Shown here: piece by piece, positions 1 through 7,935 of the stretch | How positions within the stretch are numbered: position 1 is the first letter of the stretch | Layout of the letters: each line of letters begins with the position of its first letter | Source of the DNA: a virus | Strand: one strand, 5' to 3' | Virus record (IMG/VR): IMGVR_UViG_3300044911_002386 | Span: 103,812 to 167,811 of that record | Length of the DNA: 64,000 bases | Program-made: the position numbers and the translations under genes | The notes under the pieces: generated by a model | The model's database searches: none | Told to the model about the DNA's origin: nothing | The model's input: the letters and a program-made list of their open reading frames with translations, nothing else

Positions 1-114
1 AATTGGCTCGATGCTCTGTGCACTCTGCAAAGCATTGTTAAAAATGCTTTGACGCAAAGCGGGAACATCGCCAAATTCGCGGGGCTGTTCTTGAGGCGCG
101 TTTAAGGGCAGCAC
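1..114 (-). CDS. 5' part of a CDS running off the left edge (MLPLNAPQEQPREFGDVPALRQSIFNNALQSAQSIEPI...)
   Basis: GTG at 112-114, 3 nt after the stop of the upstream ORF; frame open to the window edge; product not assignable from 38 aa. Confidence 0.55.
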   Translation of the reverse strand, partial: MLPLNAPQEQPREFGDVPALRQSIFNNALQSAQSIEPI

Positions 115-117
115 GGC

Positions 118-1140
118 TTACCTCCCTGAAAGGGCGGCGAGTGCGTCCGGATCTACGTACGGCGTTTGATTCAGTTCCTGCAGGCGGGCTTTCGAGTTGC
201 GTGCCCGCATTAAATTCTCCGCCTTGGTGCGTGACTTTGTCTGGTCATACATGTACTTTGCCCCGAGTGCGCCGGTGCCAAGTGCAGTTAACAAAGCGGC
301 GGTCCACGCATTGTTGCCAGTTTCTTGTACGGTACGTGCGGCGGCAATCCCTGCATTTTCAAGTGCTCCGGGCCCGCCTGGTTTGCTCAAACCCAACCCC
401 TGCGACATACGAGAGAAAAAGCCCGGAGGTGCCGGTGGTGCTTCGGCTTGCTTCATACAGGCGTAAACATTGTCAAGTTCCGCCGCTTCTTTGCCGGTTA
501 ACGCATTAAAGTAAGCACGGCGAGCCGTTTCGACTTCGTCTTCAATATCTTTTTTACGCTTATCAGCCGACATCGAGTTAACAAGTTGCATGCCGCCGTA
601 GCCACCGCCCATCGCCGCAATAATGTTCGCGGCTTGCCGCCAGCCGTGCTGTGCAGTATTTAGACTCGGTGGTGCATTTGGGTCAAAAGTCGGCCAGATG
701 GCAGAAGGGATAAATTGCGTCGGGATTAAATTTTTCGACAGCGATTCTTGAAAGTTCGCCATTAGTCCGCCGGCAGACGCATCCGCGGCTAACTTAAATG
801 ACGGCATCGTCATATTTTTCGGCAGCCAACTGGTCTCTTGTTTTTTGGCTACTTGTTTCCGTTTACTGATTTTTTGCTTTTTTTGCGGGGCCGCTTCGGG
901 AGACGGGTTGTGCAGCAGTCCTTGTAACTCAGACAACTGCGAAGAACCAGCACCATTAATAAGGTGATACAGTGCCGTACCACCAGCACCAAGCCCAAGC
1001 CCCCAGAGAGCGCTATTTATTAACTCTTTACCGTATTGCTGGTGATACGGCCGCGCGGCTTCCGAGTCGGCCGGCACGCCTACGTTAAATTTTGCACCTT
1101 CGGCGTACTCGGCCAAATTTTCAGCGTGTTTCGTAGTCAT
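118..1140 (-). CDS. Gly-zipper hydrophobic-helix protein with KxA junctions (putative virion/internal protein)
   Basis: 340-aa ORF; three GxxxG-rich helices (LWGLGLGAGGTALY, AAMGGGYGG, TALGTGALGA) separated by KLAA, KEAA, KQA. Confidence 0.75.
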   Translation of the reverse strand: MTTKHAENLAEYAEGAKFNVGVPADSEAARPYHQQYGKELINSALWGLGLGAGGTALYHLINGAGSSQLSELQGLLHNPSPEAAPQKKQKISKRKQVAKKQETSWLPKNMTMPSFKLAADASAGGLMANFQESLSKNLIPTQFIPSAIWPTFDPNAPPSLNTAQHGWRQAANIIAAMGGGYGGMQLVNSMSADKRKKDIEDEVETARRAYFNALTGKEAAELDNVYACMKQAEAPPAPPGFFSRMSQGLGLSKPGGPGALENAGIAAARTVQETGNNAWTAALLTALGTGALGAKYMYDQTKSRTKAENLMRARNSKARLQELNQTPYVDPDALAALSGR

Positions 1141-1143
1141 GCA

Positions 1144-1497
1144 TCAACTCTTTTTTGTTGGCAACATTCCGTATACCTGGAACCACTCTAACCAGACGCG
1201 GTAATGATTATTTTCCTCGTCCCAGTGGTCGCTGCGTTTAAGCAGCCTATACCAGCCGTTTACTATTTTATCGTTTATCTCGTCAAACTCTGCTTTTTGC
1301 TTTTCGTCCCACAAAACAAACATTTTTGACTTAAAGTCGTACTGCAGTTCAAGATTTTCAACCTCATCCTGCTTAAGATTTCCAAGTGCAGCATCACTAC
1401 CAATAACCGGAAAACCGTCCATCGTGCCCGGCCAATTCAGAGCATGCTGCCCGTGCTGGCCGCCACCAACTTCTGCGTGATATTTACGCGTGCTCAT
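1144..1497 (-). CDS. hypothetical protein
   Basis: 117-aa ORF, ATGA overlap with upstream gene, globular composition. Confidence 0.75.
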   Translation of the reverse strand: MSTRKYHAEVGGGQHGQHALNWPGTMDGFPVIGSDAALGNLKQDEVENLELQYDFKSKMFVLWDEKQKAEFDEINDKIVNGWYRLLKRSDHWDEENNHYRVWLEWFQVYGMLPTKKS

Positions 1498-1886
1498 ATG
1501 CTCCTGCTTTGTCGGTATTTCTGTGCTTTCCGGTTAGCTTTAGCCCGGGCAGCGTAGATCTTGTAGGTGTCCGCAAGTTCCATAGCTTTAATGTCATCGG
1601 CTGAGATGTCGGGTTCTGTAACCCGTGCCGCGCCGTAACCAAGGCCAGCACCTATGCCCAGCCCGGCGGCAGCTGGCAGACCAAGTGCTGTACCCGTCAC
1701 GCCAGGTGCCTGGCTCGCAAGCCCAATACCACCGCCAAGTAACAGCGTCGGTAAAATGTAGTTCATGTAGGCTTTTTTCTCAGCTGCCAGTTTAATGCGC
1801 TGCTGTAGTTGATCGCCGTTTAGACCCTCTTCGGCGCAGCGGGTAATGAACCCGAGCCGAAAAGCCTCGTTAGGGGTCATGTCCAT
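1494..1886 (-). CDS. Gly-zipper protein with AFxLG...KxA leader
   Basis: N-terminus EAFRLGFITRCAEEG...KLAAEKKA, followed by Gly-rich hydrophobic helices. Confidence 0.75.
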   Translation of the reverse strand: MDMTPNEAFRLGFITRCAEEGLNGDQLQQRIKLAAEKKAYMNYILPTLLLGGGIGLASQAPGVTGTALGLPAAAGLGIGAGLGYGAARVTEPDISADDIKAMELADTYKIYAARAKANRKAQKYRQSRSI

Positions 1887-1887
1887 A

Positions 1888-2382
1888 TTAAAAATCTCCC
1901 GGCAAAATCAGTTTCTTTGGTGCGGATTGCCCGGCAGTAAAGTCCGGGGTTACGTGCTTTCCAGTATCTTTCCCGATCGGTAAAACACCGGGCAGTGCCG
2001 TATTAAAATTAGCACCGCTGGCCAAAGATATCTTACTCTTTTTGCCGGGGCGATGTCGCCTAAACCACTCGTCGACTACAGGGTCATTTCGGTCTCCCTG
2101 CTCGCGGGCCTCCTGGGTGCAGGCCACCATATTATCAATAGCCTGCTGTAAATCCATGCGATCCGCGGAAAGCCAGGAAGCTTTACTCGGGTTTGTGGCG
2201 GCAATGTGCCGCAGTCGCTTGGCTTCGTCGCTCAGTGCCTGCGCTCGCAAAAGAAACTCTTTGCGGGTTAGCACAAAAAAATCGCCGGTGTCTTCGTCAT
2301 GAAGACAAACAAAGCCGTTCTGAGCGTAGAACTTTAACCCCCGGAAAGTGTAACACTTTCCAGTAATTTTCTGGACAGACAT
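1888..2382 (-). CDS. hypothetical protein
   Basis: 164-aa ORF, AAGGA RBS, tightly packed with neighbours. Confidence 0.75.
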   Translation of the reverse strand: MSVQKITGKCYTFRGLKFYAQNGFVCLHDEDTGDFFVLTRKEFLLRAQALSDEAKRLRHIAATNPSKASWLSADRMDLQQAIDNMVACTQEAREQGDRNDPVVDEWFRRHRPGKKSKISLASGANFNTALPGVLPIGKDTGKHVTPDFTAGQSAPKKLILPGDF

Positions 2383-2391
2383 GTAATTTCC

Positions 2392-2715
2392 TTACTGGGC
2401 GTCAGCCGAAACACTTCTAGCGGGCCAGCCTTTTCCGGGTGCCGTTAGTTTTTCCGCCGGGGCGTCAATAGCCCGCATGCCCGTGCGGTTTTCGCAGTCG
2501 GGGCATTTTGTCCAACCCTGGCCATCGCCAGATCGGACCCGGCCTGTGCCGTTACATGTCTTACAGTCTTTTGTGTCCGGCTTTGGTGCCGTATCCGGCG
2601 CGACGTGAATCAAAGACGCATAAGCGGCCTCGGCTGCCACTGCGGGAACAAAGTTTGGGTCGGCCGGCGCCGCCGCAGTAAAAAGGCTTAATAACCAAAA
2701 AAGCCAGTTAAACAT
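2392..2715 (-). CDS. signal-peptide protein with DnaJ-type zinc finger
   Basis: Start moved to MFNWLFWLL (GAGG RBS); CKTCNGTG...CPDC motif. Confidence 0.7.
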   Translation of the reverse strand: MFNWLFWLLSLFTAAAPADPNFVPAVAAEAAYASLIHVAPDTAPKPDTKDCKTCNGTGRVRSGDGQGWTKCPDCENRTGMRAIDAPAEKLTAPGKGWPARSVSADAQ

Positions 2716-2725
2716 AAAAACCTCG

Positions 2726-3751
2726 TTAAATGTTGCCGCGAGCGCCGTAGCTCTTGAGTTTCTTAGGCGGCCAACCGGCCGCACCAGACACCGCAATCAT
2801 GTCGCGATTCTTGATGTCCGACCATCGCGACCAAAATGAGCCGACGGGAATACTGATGTTTGTACCGTAAATAATTCTCGGACCATCGTTCCAATCACCC
2901 CAAGAATTTTGGACCAGCACCAGCGGTTCTTTGTAGAGTTTAATAATTTCCGGCCGGTCGTCTACAGCGATATACGCCATCGCGTGCGCCCATTGTTTTG
3001 TGCGGCGGCTGACGCCATTAGCGTCACGATTTGATTCAAAGCCCTCACTACCGCACGAGCTAATCCCATAACCGTTCGCCAGCATGTCGCGGAGTTCTTC
3101 ATATGTATGAAGCACTGTCGCTGTGCGGATAAGATGATCTTTGCCGATTTGCCGCCACGCTTCCGGCGGCGTTTTATTGCCATACAGCCCCGCGTTACGC
3201 GAACTGTAACGGGTCAGATCTACACCAATTTCGTCATACTTTTTTCGCAGCCACATGCCGCTGTCGTTCATCGCGACTTTAACAGCGTCAGAGCAGAACC
3301 AACCGTCGCCGGAGTGCCGGCGCCAATTATAAAATGCTTCCGTGCTCAACACGCCGTTTAAGCGTGCCTCGTCACTAACCTCGGGTGCACCCTCAAGCCG
3401 GCCTGAAACTTCGTCAGGCTGCCCACTTGTGATGTCTGTGCACATCGTGGTTAAGCACGCGTTACGCGTCGACCAACTTACGCAGTCGCCGCGCCCCTGT
3501 GCTCCGCCCGGCAAACAGTCCGGGTACAGTTTAAGAATTTCAAGAAACGTCAGGCTGAGTTTGTCTTTACCTGAGTCTTCCAGGCCAAAGGTAGAGCACG
3601 CCATGGCTCCGTCGGGAAGGCCGCCCGCAGCAGCAATTTCTGCCTGAAGCTGGGCTGTTTTTTCGGGATCGCATAATGCACCCAAAAAGCCCGCTTCATA
3701 TGCTGCCACAACGTCATAGACGTTTGCAAACAACTTCTCTTCGAAAGCCAT
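2726..3751 (-). CDS. papain-like (C1 family) cysteine peptidase
   Basis: QGRGDCVSW (oxyanion Gln + catalytic Cys), HAMAYI (His), VQNSWG (Asn). Confidence 0.85.
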   Translation of the reverse strand: MAFEEKLFANVYDVVAAYEAGFLGALCDPEKTAQLQAEIAAAGGLPDGAMACSTFGLEDSGKDKLSLTFLEILKLYPDCLPGGAQGRGDCVSWSTRNACLTTMCTDITSGQPDEVSGRLEGAPEVSDEARLNGVLSTEAFYNWRRHSGDGWFCSDAVKVAMNDSGMWLRKKYDEIGVDLTRYSSRNAGLYGNKTPPEAWRQIGKDHLIRTATVLHTYEELRDMLANGYGISSCGSEGFESNRDANGVSRRTKQWAHAMAYIAVDDRPEIIKLYKEPLVLVQNSWGDWNDGPRIIYGTNISIPVGSFWSRWSDIKNRDMIAVSGAAGWPPKKLKSYGARGNI

Positions 3752-3766
3752 GGCGTCTCTCCAAAA

Positions 3767-4279
3767 TCAAGCGTCAGCGTCAGGGGTGACTTCCGGTTCC
3801 GGCGTTACTTCCGGTTCCGGCGTTACTTCCGGTTCCGGCGTTACTTCCGGTGCTGCTTTTTCGCCAACCAGCGTGATCACAAAACCACCAGGCTGGCCCG
3901 GCGGCAGCGTGTCTACCGCTACGAAGCGGTGAAATGCCGGTACCGACGAGTTACCCGCATCGTCAACGTCGACGAGCGTTAAGACAACCTCAGCGTTCTG
4001 CGGAACAGTTACTGTGCCGAGATCAACCGAGTTGCCAGCAAAAGAAGTCGCACCCTTGTTTTCACCGTTAACGTCAACAGAGAAAACGCGTGTTACTACG
4101 TCAGAATCGGTCGGCGGTGCTACGACAACCGCATATGTTAAAAGATCTGCCATGTATTCTCTCCTTACTTGGATACAACGTAAATACTGCGGGGCCACGG
4201 GCGGTTCTTGTCCTCGCAGTATAAGGACAAGCCACGCAACTAAACATACTACAACAAAAAGTGTAAACAACGAAGGCAT
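3767..4279 (-). CDS. beta-rich protein with C-terminal PEVTPE repeats; possible N-terminal TM, alternative start at 4153
   Basis: First ATG couples to the upstream stop and gives a TM helix; internal ATG at 4153 has a strong AAGGAGAG RBS. Confidence 0.65.
   Translation of the reverse strand: MPSLFTLFVVVCLVAWLVLILRGQEPPVAPQYLRCIQVRREYMADLLTYAVVVAPPTDSDVVTRVFSVDVNGENKGATSFAGNSVDLGTVTVPQNAEVVLTLVDVDDAGNSSVPAFHRFVAVDTLPPGQPGGFVITLVGEKAAPEVTPEPEVTPEPEVTPEPEVTPDADA
3789..3851. repeat. 18-bp tandem repeat x3.5 (ACTTCCGGTTCCGGCGTT) encoding PEPEVT
   Basis: Exact copies at 3789, 3807, 3825 and a partial copy at 3843. Confidence 0.9.
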
Positions 4280-4716
4280 TATTTGGCCGAGTTAATGATG
4301 ACGTCGCACGCTTCAACAATCTTTGAGCGCGTCTGTTCGTTGCCCGGCAGCACGTCGTCTGTTCCGAGCGTGGTCAAAAATACTTGCTCAATTGCCTCAT
4401 CTAATCCTGGATACTTATTCACCTGTGTGATTGCGAGTTGCAGCGTGTTCTCCTGCAGATCGCTCCACTGCTCGGTCGTTACGACGCGCTTGCCGGCATC
4501 GCGATTAACGACAGCCCGTAATGCTTTGTATATGCCGCGAACGTCCGCCTTGTCAGCAGCTGCAGCGTCGGCAAGCAATTTTTGGATTGTCGGATCAGTC
4601 TTGTCAGTGCTGCTGTCTTCGACAACAACCGGCGCCTGCTGATATGTGCCGCGAATATACGGCTCAGCAAACGAGGCCAACAGTACTAGACCGGCCAACC
4701 AAACTAACCTTTTCAT
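4279..4716 (-). CDS. secreted or membrane-anchored helical protein
   Basis: MKRLVWLAGLVLLASFA signal-like N-terminus; ATGA overlap. Confidence 0.75.
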   Translation of the reverse strand: MKRLVWLAGLVLLASFAEPYIRGTYQQAPVVVEDSSTDKTDPTIQKLLADAAAADKADVRGIYKALRAVVNRDAGKRVVTTEQWSDLQENTLQLAITQVNKYPGLDEAIEQVFLTTLGTDDVLPGNEQTRSKIVEACDVIINSAK

Positions 4717-4991
4717 ACAACACCTTTCGACGGTTGCTTGTGCTCAACAATAACGCGAAGAAGATTCGTGCACGCCTCAACGCCTTCGGGGCAGTCTTCG
4801 GCAGAAAGTTTATCGCGCAGGTTTGTAACCGCAACGATATCGTTAACGAGCATAACGGCGATCGATTGCTGTACTTCCGGTGCCCTCTCTGCACCGACAG
4901 TTTTAGTCAGCAACGACGCAATCTGCTGTCGGTATGCCGCCAGCATTACAGCAACAAACACTACACTCGCTACTATTTGAAACGCAGTCAT
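4713..4991 (-). CDS. small membrane protein
   Basis: N-terminal TM helix, GGAGG RBS. Confidence 0.75.
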   Translation of the reverse strand: MTAFQIVASVVFVAVMLAAYRQQIASLLTKTVGAERAPEVQQSIAVMLVNDIVAVTNLRDKLSAEDCPEGVEACTNLLRVIVEHKQPSKGVV

Positions 4992-5017
4992 AGGTTACCT
5001 CCAAAACAGTTATTCTA

Positions 5018-5839
5018 TCAAGTTTGCGGCACGAGCACGTACGGCCGCCCATTAATGACTAATGTACCGTGAATATGCGGCGCAGCGTCTTTTGTAATTG
5101 CGTATTTTTCTTTACGCTTACCGTATAGTTTGACAATTTCTTTAATGTCGCCCTTTTGTGGGCCAGTTACATTTGGATCGTAATAAGGCGCCATTAAATT
5201 GCCAGAATTTAAATGTGGCAAACCAAGCGCGTGCCCAAGTTCGTGGCAGATCACCGCTACGGCCATATTAAATGACCACGGCTCGGCCTCGTCGAACATC
5301 TGATCTAATTGCACGTTTTCAGTTACGCCGCACGGTAATTCGCTCCAGGCCAGCGTGCCGCCCTTGTTATCTAATCCGCTAGCACGGCCAACGCCTGATC
5401 GAGCATAAATGTTTGCTTTATCTGAGCCGTCAACGCGGGTCGGCTCAATATCGCAAACTTCGGCCCACTGCGAAAAAGCAATGTCGTACGCTTCTTTAAC
5501 CTGCTCGTCTGTTACGCCTGGAAGCGTAATGTCGTGATAGTACGTAATCTTTTTATGCAGCCACTTGCACGGAGCACCGCCAGGCGCCGTCAGATTAAAA
5601 TCTGGTAGCCCGCATCGCGGCCTGTGAATGCGACTAGCAGTGCGTGGCTCAACGGCGCCGGTCGGCTCCAGGCCGTTAAACTCCTGATAGGCTTTTACAG
5701 CCCGCGATAAATCGGCCCCGCGAATTGTCTTAACCTTCGCCCACGGTGTTTCACCAAAGTAACCAAGGTCAAAGAGTTTTTTCAGTGTTTCATTAGCGGA
5801 GAGAATTTCGTTTTTTTGTTTTTTTGGCGTCCTTGCCAT
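5018..5839 (-). CDS. matrixin (M10/MMP-like) zinc metallopeptidase with PG-binding-like prodomain
   Basis: AVKAYQEFNGLEPTG (PG-binding-like), PRCGLPD cysteine switch, HELGHALGLPH, LMAPYY Met-turn. Confidence 0.9.
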   Translation of the reverse strand: MARTPKKQKNEILSANETLKKLFDLGYFGETPWAKVKTIRGADLSRAVKAYQEFNGLEPTGAVEPRTASRIHRPRCGLPDFNLTAPGGAPCKWLHKKITYYHDITLPGVTDEQVKEAYDIAFSQWAEVCDIEPTRVDGSDKANIYARSGVGRASGLDNKGGTLAWSELPCGVTENVQLDQMFDEAEPWSFNMAVAVICHELGHALGLPHLNSGNLMAPYYDPNVTGPQKGDIKEIVKLYGKRKEKYAITKDAAPHIHGTLVINGRPYVLVPQT

Positions 5840-5851
5840 ACTGTGTCACCT

Positions 5852-6256
5852 TTATTGTTCTTTCGCTAGTTCGATTAATTCGTCCAGCGTGGCGTCATCA
5901 GCCGACTCGCCCAGTTCGTAAAGTGCCGTCAAAATAGGGTTAGCGTCGTGCCGGCTGTCCTGTTTGTCCGCACAACAGTCGCGCCACAAAAGGTTTGCCC
6001 GGCGCCGCAAACGAATTAGTTTGCGGGCGGGCAACGATCGAATGTCTTTGATGTCTTGTTTAATCTCGTCGGGTTTTCGCAACTCTCGGCAGTAATAGAT
6101 AATCTGCAGCATCAACGAAATAATCGCGAGTACCAAAAGCGGGTCGAACTGAACTGAGTTGTCAGCCCGAAACACCAACTCGTTTGTAAGTCGATCCCGC
6201 AGTGCCGACAAACGCGGCGAAGCATCGACCCGCTTTTGGAGATCTCCGTTTGTCAT
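5852..6256 (-). CDS. membrane protein
   Basis: Single TM (LLVLAIISLMLQIIYY). Confidence 0.7.
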   Translation of the reverse strand: MTNGDLQKRVDASPRLSALRDRLTNELVFRADNSVQFDPLLVLAIISLMLQIIYYCRELRKPDEIKQDIKDIRSLPARKLIRLRRRANLLWRDCCADKQDSRHDANPILTALYELGESADDATLDELIELAKEQ

Positions 6257-6257
6257 G

Positions 6258-6632
6258 TTATTGCTGTGCGGTCATCCGCATTTTTTCAATGGTGGTCGCT
6301 TCCAAATAGTGGTAGCGATGGCTCAGGATAGTCGCCCGCAGTTGATTGCGGTTCGACAGATACTTCCACACCAATGCCGCGTTCACAACAATGACCTGCG
6401 TCGCACCCACGACGGCGGTCAACGCCTGCGTCAGCTCAGCAGCTGTTGTGTTGCTGACCCAGCCAATAAGCACAGCCACAGCCACAAGATTAGCCACAGC
6501 CGAACCAGCCATTGTCCAAAAATCAGACGACATCCAGTTTCCAACGCCCGTTTCGGCGGTGTTGTTGGCCGCCTCATTTAACATCCGCATTTCTTCGCGG
6601 ACAGTATCAACGCTTACTTTACGTGTCGACAT
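6258..6632 (-). CDS. two-TM protein, holin-like
   Basis: SSDFW followed by two TM helices and a charged C-tail; GGAGG RBS. Confidence 0.55.
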   Translation of the reverse strand: MSTRKVSVDTVREEMRMLNEAANNTAETGVGNWMSSDFWTMAGSAVANLVAVAVLIGWVSNTTAAELTQALTAVVGATQVIVVNAALVWKYLSNRNQLRATILSHRYHYLEATTIEKMRMTAQQ

Positions 6633-6697
6633 AGAGCCTCCTAGAGTAAAAGCACAACACTATATTGTGCCTTAACAGTTACAAATTCGCAAGCACG

Positions 6698-7693
6698 TCA
6701 GCGCATGCCTAACATAGATGGCACAATAGCGTGCATCATTCCGCCCCATAACCCCATGTCCTGGAGTTTCTCTTGGGCTAGCGGCGTTAAGCCGGCCATT
6801 GCAGACAACGCTTTGCCGGCCATCGTCGCGGTGGCTAGGCCAACGCCGGCGGACGCGATACCGTTAATAACATCAGACGGCCTGATAATCGGCGACTGTA
6901 GACCAGTGCCTAAACCAGTCATCATGCCGCTTGCCGCAGCGGCATAAGCCGGCGGTGTGTGATTTTCAAACCCGTTATAAAAACCTTTACGGGCGTCGTT
7001 CCAAACTGCGTTGTTAAATTGTTGGATATTAACCGACGGCGCCATGATGCCCGAGTCACCGGGAATAGCCGGATTCAATTCTGGCGCGTAAACGCCAAAC
7101 TGCGAGTTTTTAATTGTCCAGCCACGCAAAAAACTTGTATTTTTGGCTCGCGCATTCGCTGCCGCATTGTTCGCCCCAAGGCCAACGCCGCCCAAGCCGC
7201 CGATAAGCGCCAGCGTATTTCGCAGCTTACCGCGCTCTAAGTAGCGCTCCGGGAATAAGTTTTCAATCAGTGTGCCGGCACCATACCCAAGACCGCCAGC
7301 AGCCAAGCCCGTAACAATAGCGTTGGTCAGAGGGGTTGGCCCGCCAAGCGCGTTTTGTGCGGCATCAAATGTTGGCGCGATACCGGTAATGCCTGCTTTT
7401 TTTACAACAATCTCTTCGGCAATGTTCAGGGGCGCTAAACGCTGAAATACACACGACCATTGCGGCATAGCCGCTGCGTACTTTTGTTGGGTTTCGCTGC
7501 TCGGGTCGTGACTCGCGTACACAGTCAGTGTATTGGTCGCCGGACGCCACGTGACAAAACTGGTGCTCAGTAAGCCGGTGTCTTTTACGGCGTCAACGTG
7601 GGCGGCTTTAATGTGTGCCACAACAGGCAGCAACGCAGCCACCCTGTTGGGTACCTGTTCCCACGCGGAAATATCGTGCGACGGCTGCATCAC
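6698..7693 (-). CDS. Gly-zipper protein with KxA junctions
   Basis: IKAA and KKAG junctions, then GLAAGGLGYGAG and LIGGLGGVGLGA helices. Confidence 0.75.
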   Translation of the reverse strand: MMQPSHDISAWEQVPNRVAALLPVVAHIKAAHVDAVKDTGLLSTSFVTWRPATNTLTVYASHDPSSETQQKYAAAMPQWSCVFQRLAPLNIAEEIVVKKAGITGIAPTFDAAQNALGGPTPLTNAIVTGLAAGGLGYGAGTLIENLFPERYLERGKLRNTLALIGGLGGVGLGANNAAANARAKNTSFLRGWTIKNSQFGVYAPELNPAIPGDSGIMAPSVNIQQFNNAVWNDARKGFYNGFENHTPPAYAAAASGMMTGLGTGLQSPIIRPSDVINGIASAGVGLATATMAGKALSAMAGLTPLAQEKLQDMGLWGGMMHAIVPSMLGMR

Positions 7694-7935
7694 GTTAACA
7701 CTCGAAATAACTGCACGGCAAAAGCCAGAATTACGACAATCCAGGCAATCAGACCGCTGAGAGCTAAAAAAACAATAAACGACGTCAGAGTCAATGCCGG
7801 GAACAATTTCTGAATAGGTATTTTACGAAACAGCAGCAATGCACGCATCCATTGCGGCGACGGCTTGTCCGGCGTTACGTCTGGTGTCGGCGAAGGTTTC
7901 GGCTTTGGCTGCCAGGGCCAGTTTATTTTGCTCAT
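7690..7935 (-). CDS. small membrane protein with Pro-rich N-terminus
   Basis: PKPKPSPTP followed by a long hydrophobic segment; overlaps both neighbours by 4 nt. Confidence 0.7.
   Translation of the reverse strand: MSKINWPWQPKPKPSPTPDVTPDKPSPQWMRALLLFRKIPIQKLFPALTLTSFIVFLALSGLIAWIVVILAFAVQLFRVLT

Noticed and set aside
1-114. Assigning the partial ORF to an RNA polymerase subunit
   Set aside because: Only 38 aa are visible and contain no diagnostic motif
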